Assembly (NCBI GenBank): GCA_964582035.1
Contig: CAZOPZ010000001.1
Span: forward strand, 27,879-60,712
Length of the DNA: 32,834 nucleotides
Reading direction: 5' to 3'
DNA from: an uncultured Methanosarcinales archaeon
GTDB taxonomy: Archaea > Nanobdellota > Nanobdellia > Woesearchaeales > GW2011-AR9
Shown here: in pieces, positions 1 to 6,594 of the stretch
Layout of the letters: each line of letters begins with the position of its first letter
Position numbering within the stretch: position 1 is the first letter of the stretch
Position numbers and translations under genes: made by a program
The notes under the pieces: generated by a model
Databases searched by the model: none
Told to the model about the DNA's origin: nothing
The model's input: the letters and a program-made list of their open reading frames with translations, nothing else

Positions 1-36
1 CAGTATTGCTTGTTCTTTTCCAAATAGATTTCCATT

Positions 37-594
37 TTATTTTATTCCAAATTTATTTTTCTCTATTGAATCATATATCAAATTGACAATACGTTCTGAT
101 GCTTTACCATCTAATTTATAGAAAATATTTGAGAGGTCTTTGTTATGTTCTGAAATATCTAATGGCTGTTCTAATATTCTTTGAAGAGCAAGAGTTAAAT
201 TATCGCGCCATTGAAAAAGGGGGGTCATACCAAAATGGGGTTTAAGTAAATAAAAATGGTTTTTTTCATCAAAGGGGTCAATAATTACAGTTTTACAGCC
301 ATAAGCTTTCGCTTCTAATGTTACTGTTGAAGCAAAAGTTATAACAAGGGAAGAATTTTTTAAAAGAGAAACGTATTCTTCTTGGTCAACTTTGGAAATT
401 AGTGTGATCCCTTGTATTTTTTGATATTCTTTGAGATGTTTCTCGCGAGGATGTAATTTAACAATAAGATTGATGTTTTCTAATAGTTGGATATCTTTAA
501 TTATTTTATTTATGATGATAAAATATTCTTTTTTTGTGAAAAACCTCTCCTCAATATAAGGTCCGGTTGCCAACAAAATTTGGTGTTTCTCCAT
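37..594 (-). CDS. stand-alone C-terminal half of a GT-B-fold sugar enzyme (TagF/capsule-biosynthesis/2-epimerase-like); possible gene remnant
   Basis: 185-aa ORF. KLHPREK, VITFASTVTLEAKAYGCKTVII and the C-terminal DGKASERIV resemble the second Rossmann half of GT-B enzymes. There is no room for an N-terminal half, because the next gene starts 104 nt away on the other strand. Hand counts give about 22-27% GC in the first two 60-nt lines. Confidence 0.4.
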   Translation of the reverse strand: MEKHQILLATGPYIEERFFTKKEYFIIINKIIKDIQLLENINLIVKLHPREKHLKEYQKIQGITLISKVDQEEYVSLLKNSSLVITFASTVTLEAKAYGCKTVIIDPFDEKNHFYLLKPHFGMTPLFQWRDNLTLALQRILEQPLDISEHNKDLSNIFYKLDGKASERIVNLIYDSIEKNKFGIK

Positions 595-671
595 GTTTTT
601 ATTTTCACCAACGAGACAGCTCTTTCTTCACGACCATTCAATGCATACTGCAATATTATGAGTTACCCCTA

Positions 672-678
672 TTTAAAT
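672..678 (+). promoter_or_regulatory. TATA-like box (TTTAAAT) 26 nt upstream of the wHTH ATG
   Basis: A/T-only heptamer at the archaeal TATA distance from the start codon. No SD-like motif lies between the box and the start. Confidence 0.35.
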
Positions 679-697
679 GTTATGATAATATTGCAGT

Positions 698-943
698 ATG
701 TCGAAACGATCTTCACATGAGATAAAAAGGAAAATTCTTCTTGCAATAAAAGAGACGCCGGCAACGTACGCTCAATTAGAAAGAAGAGTAAATACTGGTT
801 ATCGAAGCATAAAAGCTAACTGTGAAGAACTCAAATATTTCGATCAAATCCATATCGAAGAAAAACAACACCCTGCAAATGGAAAAATTTCCCATTCTGT
901 CTCAATTACGCCTAAAGGACTAAAAACAATAGATGAAAAGTAA
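698..943 (+). CDS. small winged-helix DNA-binding protein (putative transcription regulator)
   Basis: 81 aa. KRKILLAIKETPATYAQLERRVNTGYRSIKANCEEL has an HTH pattern and is followed by a beta-wing-like SHSVSITPKGLK. The size and layout are typical of small archaeal wHTH proteins. Confidence 0.5.
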   Translation: MSKRSSHEIKRKILLAIKETPATYAQLERRVNTGYRSIKANCEELKYFDQIHIEEKQHPANGKISHSVSITPKGLKTIDEK

Positions 944-994
944 TTTGAATTTTTCTTTACACCTTAAAGGTCTTTGATAGTTATGTCCTTCGGA

Positions 995-1093
995 TACAAG
1001 AAGGCGAAGCCTTCTGTACAGAAATGAAGTCTTTGCTTCATTTCGAGTATAGTAAGTGACTCGTTTGTATGAATATTTATGTCACTTACTATA
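995..1093. repeat. three back-to-back stem-loops, the last a perfect 13-bp inverted repeat
   Basis: Hairpin 1 spans 995-1018 (core agaaggc/gccttct with a GAA loop). Hairpin 2 spans 1021-1044 (gaaatgaag/cttcatttc, 9 bp, 6-nt loop). Hairpin 3 pairs 1048-1060 tatagtaagtgac with 1081-1093 gtcacttactata (13 bp, 20-nt spacer). Function unknown. Confidence 0.55.
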
Positions 1094-1161
1094 AATGCGC
1101 GGAGAGATTCGTCACGAATACTTGCCAAAGATAGTTCTTTCATTTGTTTGTTGGGCTTGGG

Positions 1162-1192
1162 AACCCCACCGCTTGCTATGGTTGGGTTTTTT
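1162..1192 (+). terminator. stem-loop followed by a T6 run (intrinsic-terminator-like / oligo-T stop)
   Basis: aaccccacc (1162-1170) pairs with ggttgggtt (1180-1188) with one C-T mismatch and a 9-nt loop. It runs into tttttt at 1187-1192. Confidence 0.35.
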
Positions 1193-1203
1193 ATTTAATA
1201 AGG

Positions 1204-1211
1204 TTTTTAAG
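1204..1211 (+). promoter_or_regulatory. TATA-like box (TTTTTAAG) 30 nt upstream of ATG 1234
   Basis: A/T-rich octamer at the archaeal TATA distance from the start codon. Confidence 0.3.
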
Positions 1212-1233
1212 ATTGATAGACAGCGAGTGAAGC

Positions 1234-2412
1234 ATGAGCCAGTTAGTGCCGCCGCACGGAGGAAAATTAATAGACAGAATTCTCACGAACCATTCGCAGA
1301 TAGAAGAGTGGTGTTCTGACCAGAACCTCTTTCGCCTCGAAGTCCCCAGCACCATCTTGGTGGAAGCCGAGAACCTTGCTCATGGCTGTTTCAGCCCGCT
1401 TCAGGGCTTTCCCGGCGAGAATGAAATCGCGTCTATCCTAAATAACTGGCGGCTCCGCGATGGAACAACTTTCCCCATCCCGCCGGTGTTCGCTATCAAC
1501 GAACAGATAAAAAATCAGCTCGAAGTGCCTTCACGAATCATCCTTACGTATCAAAACACCCCTTTCGGAATTATGGATGGGGAAGAGATTTTCCCATTTG
1601 ATAAAAAATTCTTCATGCAATCAGTATTTAAGACTGCGGACCTTACGCACCCAGGCGCCGCTCTCATCGCAAAGATGGGAAACTTCTTGCTGGCCGGAAA
1701 AGTGTCCATTTTCGAAAGAAATTCCTATCTTTTTAGGGAAGCGCTCACCCCAAAAAAAGCTCGGGAGATCTTTTCAAAAAGAGGATGGAAAACGATTGCT
1801 GCTTTCTCGACGACGAACGTGCCGCACCGAGCCCACGAATATTTGCAACGCTGTGCTTTGGAGATGGCTGATGGGCTATTTATCCATGCCCTGCAAATAG
1901 TGGGGGGGAATGAAGATGAAGCCAAATACCCCCCACAAATTATTGCCGCAACCTATAAAGATCTGATCCGCAACTATCTCCCCGAGCCGAGAATAATTTT
2001 TTCGCTCCTGCCCCAGCTCGTGCGCAGTGCCGGCCCACGCTCCAGTGTCCTCCAAGCAATCATCCGCCAGAATTTTGGCTGTAGCCACCAAATTTTCGGC
2101 CGGGATCACGAAGGGTTTTCTCGCTTTTATGGGAAGTACGAATCACAAGAGATTTTTACGAAATTCTCCGATCTGCACCTCCAGCCGCTCTGCTTCAGAG
2201 AGCCATTCTACTGCCCAAAATGTGAGCTAATAGTAACTGAAAATTCCTGCCCGCATGCACTAGGGGGCATAAAAATAAGTGGCACAGAAATTAGAAGGAA
2301 ATTGAAACAGCAAGAACTGGTAGAACCATTTATTGTCCGCCCAGAAATCCGGAAGATCCTCTCTTCTCATCAGGTTTCTCGGGAGGTATCTCCTCGAGTC
2401 AACAAAGGATAA
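1234..2412 (+). CDS. sat: sulfate adenylyltransferase (ATP sulfurylase) family protein with divergent active-site motifs
   Basis: 392 aa. N-terminal LVPPHGGKLIDR, an HRAHEYL motif, GRDHEG, and a C-terminal CPKC...CPH zinc-site pattern as in short thermophile-type Sat. The canonical FQTRNPxHRAH reads FSTTNVPHRAH (nt 1804-1836), and GRDHAG reads GRDHEG (nt 2098-2115). Confidence 0.7.
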   Translation: MSQLVPPHGGKLIDRILTNHSQIEEWCSDQNLFRLEVPSTILVEAENLAHGCFSPLQGFPGENEIASILNNWRLRDGTTFPIPPVFAINEQIKNQLEVPSRIILTYQNTPFGIMDGEEIFPFDKKFFMQSVFKTADLTHPGAALIAKMGNFLLAGKVSIFERNSYLFREALTPKKAREIFSKRGWKTIAAFSTTNVPHRAHEYLQRCALEMADGLFIHALQIVGGNEDEAKYPPQIIAATYKDLIRNYLPEPRIIFSLLPQLVRSAGPRSSVLQAIIRQNFGCSHQIFGRDHEGFSRFYGKYESQEIFTKFSDLHLQPLCFREPFYCPKCELIVTENSCPHALGGIKISGTEIRRKLKQQELVEPFIVRPEIRKILSSHQVSREVSPRVNKG

Positions 2413-2472
2413 CCGTACTGGAAATGAACATCATAAGGCTAATAAGGGGAAAGAAGCCATCCCTTCTCTAAA

Positions 2473-5337
2473 ATGGGTGAAAAAGCAATAAAGAAAGTAG
2501 CTTATAGCCCGGTGGTAGCAGATTTATTCCATTACGGCCATCTACAATCATTGCAATTTGCTTATGCGGCAGCGGATTATCATATATGCGGTATCTTAAG
2601 TGACGAAGCAGTACAGTCTTTCAGAGGAAAACCCATCGCTAATCTGCAAGAGAGGAAAGCGGTGGTTTCAAATTTAACCTGTGTTGATGAGGTGATGATA
2701 CAAACAGCTTTCGACCCGTCTGACAACCTCAAAAAGATCCAAGAGCGGTTCCCCCAGGCAGAACTTATTGTTATCAGGGGCTCGAACTGGAAAAAAGTTC
2801 CTGAGCTCCCCTATTTAAAACAAATCGGAGGAAGAATTCTGCAACACCCTTACTATGAAGAGCTTTCCGATTTTAAGGTCGTTAACAAGATTTTTGAGCA
2901 TTATGGGAAAATGTTCAGAGATTTTGAAACGTTCTCAAAATTTTTTAAGATTAATGACCTGACATCTCTAAAAGAAACAAATGGCACTACGGCTTTATCA
3001 ACGAAAGCTGAAACATTGCGGTCGTTACAGGCTGTACTGCAGCATGGGAAAATCGAAAAATCTTTTGTCTTTACCGTCGCAGAATGGGCCACAAAAGAAG
3101 AAGAGATTATGGGTAGGATACAAAAGCTGTTCCCCGAGGAGCTAGTGGTGGTGCGTAGTTCAGCAGTGCAGGAAGATAGCATCAAATCTTCACTGGCAGG
3201 ATTTTTTCATAGTGAATTGAACGTAGCGACAAAGAATAAGGAGAGCACCAGAGAAGCAGTAAACAAAGTTATCCGCACCTATGCGGAGAAAAAATCTTAT
3301 GATGCAAATAACCAGGTACTCATTCAGCGGCAGACCAGAAATGTTCAGTGTAGCGGGGTGGTTTTCACCCGCCAGCTGGAGACAAATAATCCTTATTATG
3401 TTATAAATTACGACGACCTGACTGGATTGACGGACACCGTTACCAAAGGCATGGAGAATCGAGTGGTGTATATCTCGAGATTCTGTGAAGAGAAAGATGT
3501 CCCGCCACCGCTACGGGGGGTTATTACCGCAGTGCGAGAAATAGAGTCTTTACTCCCCACTATGGGGTTGGACATAGAATTTTCTGTGAACAAACGGGGC
3601 GAGGTTATTATCTTTCAAGTGCGGCCCCTGAGCGTAAATATAAAAGTTGATCTCCCGCCAGACATCGAGATAAAAGAAAAGCTCGAAGAATTAAAAAAGC
3701 AATTTGATTATCTCTCTCAGAAGAAAGAGCATTTAAGTGGAACAAAGACCATCTTTGCTGACATGCCGGATTGGAATCCGGCAGAAATTATTGGAGACAA
3801 CCCCCACTACTTGGATTATTCCCTGTATGACTATCTTATTACAGATAGCGCCTGGCACCAGGCACGCACTTCACAAGGGTATTATAACGTCTCCCCAGCA
3901 AAATTAGTTTTTTCATTTGGCAACAAGCCCTATGTGGATGTCCGCCATAGTTTCAACTCTTTTCTTCCCGCCTCTTTGCCAGAAAGATTGAGGGAGAAAC
4001 TCATTAATTTTTACATTGATAAACTCCAGAAAAACCTGCACTTACAAGATAAAGTAGAATTCGAAGTCCTCCACACCTGCTATGATTTGACGTTCGATCA
4101 CCGATCAAAAGAGCTTCTGGCTGCAGGGTTTACCGCTGAAGAAGTTTGTTGCCTGAAAAAGTCTTTGTTACAATTAACCAACTCTCTTGTTTCTGATAGC
4201 TCTCTCAGAGATGACTTGGCGTTTATTCAAGAAAAAAAGGGGGGGAATGCTCCCCCAATCAGAATCCCCCAAGCCTGCCTAAAGCAGGCGATACAGCTCC
4301 TTGATAATTGCCGCTCATCGGGAACAGTGCAGTTTTCCCGACTGGCCAGATTAGCTTTCATTGGGAAGATTCTGGTCAAAAGTTTGGTCACAGAAAGGAT
4401 TCTTGAAGAGAGGTATTACCACCTATTTATGAGCTCTATTATAACGGTGGTATCAGAGATGAATGAGGATTTTTATTCTTTGAGCCGGGGGAGCATGGCA
4501 AAAAAATATTTCCTTGAAAGATACGGTCATCTGCGGCCGGGAACCTATGACATTACTGCTTTGCGCTATGACCAAAATGAAAATCTATTTGGGCGCTTGG
4601 TTCAGCTGCAGAAGCCGGAAAAAATTGCTTTCTCGCTTCCTCAGCAGATTCAGGAGAATATCTCGGCAACTTTTCGGGAACAGGGGCTGGCTTTTGACTC
4701 CAACACCCTATTCTTTTTCACAAGAGCGGCGCTGGAAGCCCGAGAGTTGTCCAAGTTTGAATTTACGCGAGAATTGAGTGACGCCCTGGAGCTGATTGCC
4801 CAAGCCGGAAAGATGTGGGGGTTCTCCCGGGAAAGCCTGTCCCATCTCGATGTCGACACTCTGAAGATAATAGCGGGGATAGAAGACGATAAAAAAGCAA
4901 GATCTATCCTCGAAAATATTATTGAGCATCGCAGCAAAGAGCGAAGGATAAACGACTCTTTGCTCTTACCTCCCGTAATAGCGTCGAAGAGAGACTTCGA
5001 AGTAGTTTCTTCTTATCGAGCCAAGCCAAACTTTACAACACAGAAGTCCGTGGAAGGCGAAATTATGACCCCATCTGGATTAAACAAAGGGGAGCTATCT
5101 GATTTTACAGGAAAAATTATTCTTTTAGAGAATGGTGACCCGGGGCATGACTGGATTTTCACTAAAAATCCTGCTGGTTTGATCACCAAATATGGGGGGG
5201 TCGCTTCCCACATGGTTATCCGCTGCGCCGAATTGGGAGTGCCTGCGGCTATTGGTTGTGGAGACATTTTTGACGAGATAAAGAAAGCACAAAAGGTTCT
5301 GCTCAACTGTAAAGAGCAAAAAATAACACCATGTTAA
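2473..5337 (+). CDS. fusion of a TagD-type cytidylyltransferase domain with a PEP-synthase/PPDK-like ATP-grasp kinase carrying a C-terminal phosphohistidine swivel domain (Cj1418 glutamine-kinase-like architecture)
   Basis: 954 aa. Residues 1-145 carry VVADLFHYGH (HxGH, nt 2530-2541) and ...ERKAVVSNLTCVDEV, marking a CTP_transf_like domain. The middle has VVVRSSAVQEDSIKSSLAGFFHSELNV, SGVVFT and IIFQVRPL (PPDK_N nucleotide-binding domain). The C-terminus has GGVASHMVIRCAELGVPAAIGCG (swivel His913, nt 5209-5211). There is no PEP/pyruvate TIM-barrel domain. Confidence 0.8.
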   Translation: MGEKAIKKVAYSPVVADLFHYGHLQSLQFAYAAADYHICGILSDEAVQSFRGKPIANLQERKAVVSNLTCVDEVMIQTAFDPSDNLKKIQERFPQAELIVIRGSNWKKVPELPYLKQIGGRILQHPYYEELSDFKVVNKIFEHYGKMFRDFETFSKFFKINDLTSLKETNGTTALSTKAETLRSLQAVLQHGKIEKSFVFTVAEWATKEEEIMGRIQKLFPEELVVVRSSAVQEDSIKSSLAGFFHSELNVATKNKESTREAVNKVIRTYAEKKSYDANNQVLIQRQTRNVQCSGVVFTRQLETNNPYYVINYDDLTGLTDTVTKGMENRVVYISRFCEEKDVPPPLRGVITAVREIESLLPTMGLDIEFSVNKRGEVIIFQVRPLSVNIKVDLPPDIEIKEKLEELKKQFDYLSQKKEHLSGTKTIFADMPDWNPAEIIGDNPHYLDYSLYDYLITDSAWHQARTSQGYYNVSPAKLVFSFGNKPYVDVRHSFNSFLPASLPERLREKLINFYIDKLQKNLHLQDKVEFEVLHTCYDLTFDHRSKELLAAGFTAEEVCCLKKSLLQLTNSLVSDSSLRDDLAFIQEKKGGNAPPIRIPQACLKQAIQLLDNCRSSGTVQFSRLARLAFIGKILVKSLVTERILEERYYHLFMSSIITVVSEMNEDFYSLSRGSMAKKYFLERYGHLRPGTYDITALRYDQNENLFGRLVQLQKPEKIAFSLPQQIQENISATFREQGLAFDSNTLFFFTRAALEARELSKFEFTRELSDALELIAQAGKMWGFSRESLSHLDVDTLKIIAGIEDDKKARSILENIIEHRSKERRINDSLLLPPVIASKRDFEVVSSYRAKPNFTTQKSVEGEIMTPSGLNKGELSDFTGKIILLENGDPGHDWIFTKNPAGLITKYGGVASHMVIRCAELGVPAAIGCGDIFDEIKKAQKVLLNCKEQKITPC

Positions 5338-5999
5338 TTGCCATCTCGCTCAGCGTGGGGGATAATCAACAAAAGCGAGTTCAGGACATATTGGAACATA
5401 ATTATGTTCGCTATTTTGAAAAATTTGGCGCAACGATACTCCTCATTCCCAATTCGACAGACAGCATAGCTACCTATTTTAGCCAATTCCCCATCAATGC
5501 TATCATCCTCTCTGGAGGGGGCAATATCAGTATCTCTCCCAGCACCGCCCAGAAACCCGAAAAGCCAGTCCATCCGAAACGGGAAGCGCTGGAAAGAAAA
5601 CTTATCGAAATCGCGGCAGAGAGAAACATTCCCATTTTAGGAATTTGCCGGGGGATGCAACTGATCAACATCCACTTTGGCGGTAGGCTGGTGCCCAGCC
5701 GCCATCCCATAGGGGAACACCAGATAGAGATTATCGCAAGGAAAGAAGAGCTGGGCGAGAAAGCGAGGGTAAATTCGTTCCATGATTGGGCTGTTATAAA
5801 AGAGACGCAGGCGGTGGAACTGAAACCATTTGCCTTTGCTGAAGATGGGGGCATAGAAGGCCTATACCACCCCCATTTGCCTATCGGCGGGGTGCAGTGG
5901 CATCCTGAGCGTATGTCCTTCGATGATGCACTGAATAAAATATTGGTTACAGCACTCTTAAAGAGAGAATTATTTTGGGGGCATGAGAATAGGCTATGA
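5331..5999 (+). CDS. class-I glutamine-amidotransferase-like / peptidase C26 gamma-glutamyl hydrolase (Cj1417-like candidate)
   Basis: 222 aa. PILGICRGMQLINIHFGG holds the nucleophile Cys106 (nt 5646-5648), and GVQWHPE holds the catalytic His. The start overlaps the upstream stop by 7 nt. Confidence 0.8.
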   Translation: MLIAISLSVGDNQQKRVQDILEHNYVRYFEKFGATILLIPNSTDSIATYFSQFPINAIILSGGGNISISPSTAQKPEKPVHPKREALERKLIEIAAERNIPILGICRGMQLINIHFGGRLVPSRHPIGEHQIEIIARKEELGEKARVNSFHDWAVIKETQAVELKPFAFAEDGGIEGLYHPHLPIGGVQWHPERMSFDDALNKILVTALLKRELFWGHENRL

Positions 6000-6024
6000 A
6001 AATGGGGTCTCTCTTTTACATAAA

Positions 6025-6032
6025 TTTTATAA
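6025..6032 (+). promoter_or_regulatory. TATA-like box (TTTTATAA) 30 nt upstream of ATG 6055
   Basis: A/T-only octamer whose centre lies about 27 nt from the start codon. Confidence 0.35.
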
Positions 6033-6054
6033 CCGGTAACCAAAAATCAATCCC

Positions 6055-6468
6055 ATGAGCCATTGCCCCCTCTGTGAAATCCCTGAAAAAGAACAGTATC
6101 GGGTAGTTAGGAATAATGATTTAGTATATGCAGCCATACCCTATGCTCCAATAACTGAAGGGCACGTGATGGTTCTGCCAAAACGGCACGCCCGCCTGCG
6201 GCAACTGATCCCCGAAGAATTAGTGAGCCTCAATGCAGTGATTGAAGACCTGAAAGACCGCTTGGTAGAGCTGTTCCCGGAACGGCACCCGTTCATATCT
6301 ACCATGAGCGATACGATGCACGCCTCCGTCCCCCAGCATGGCCATTACCACCTCATGCCGAGCAAATATAACCTGCGGGTTCTGTACGATTGCCGTGACC
6401 AAAGGATATTATCAAATAAGCCGGTAGAGAGATCAATCTTGGAAGAGATGGCACTCCGCCTGCGGTAA
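6055..6468 (+). CDS. HIT (histidine triad) family nucleotide hydrolase/transferase
   Basis: 137 aa. Histidine triad HGHYHLMP (nt 6337-6351), an N-terminal CPLCE, and GHVMVLPKRH. Confidence 0.85.
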   Translation: MSHCPLCEIPEKEQYRVVRNNDLVYAAIPYAPITEGHVMVLPKRHARLRQLIPEELVSLNAVIEDLKDRLVELFPERHPFISTMSDTMHASVPQHGHYHLMPSKYNLRVLYDCRDQRILSNKPVERSILEEMALRLR

Positions 6469-6594
6469 GGGAAAAAGCACATCGTAGAACGTAGGAGTGG
6501 GAGAAGTGCAGGATTACGATAACAAGCAACGCTGGGGGTTCCACGAACCTTTGTATAGCGCAGAAAGAGAATATTATTCTTTCGCTAAACTCCC

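Noticed and set aside
1048-1093. Interpreting the 13-bp inverted repeat as terminal repeats of a MITE or IS element
   Set aside because: The repeat arms enclose only 20 nt. I found no second copy in the window, no flanking direct repeats and no transposase nearby.
1095-1319. 74-aa ORF spanning the spacer and the 5' end of the Sat-like gene
   Set aside because: It overlaps the start of the well-supported Sat-like CDS in another frame, has low-complexity basic sequence and carries no recognisable motif.
1234-2412. Treating the Sat-like gene as part of a standard assimilatory sulfate pathway
   Set aside because: No APS kinase, APS/PAPS reductase, CysDN or sulfotransferase is present in the window, and the sulfate-binding motif is altered. 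I kept it only as an alternative reading, namely glycan sulfation.
5474-6043. 189-aa minus-strand ORF antisense to the C26 hydrolase gene
   Set aside because: It lies entirely within or antisense to a motif-supported plus-strand CDS. Its composition is Ser/Pro/Trp-rich and typical of antisense frames. The same reasoning applies to 2901-3185, 4650-4937, 5013-5306 and 6975-7307.
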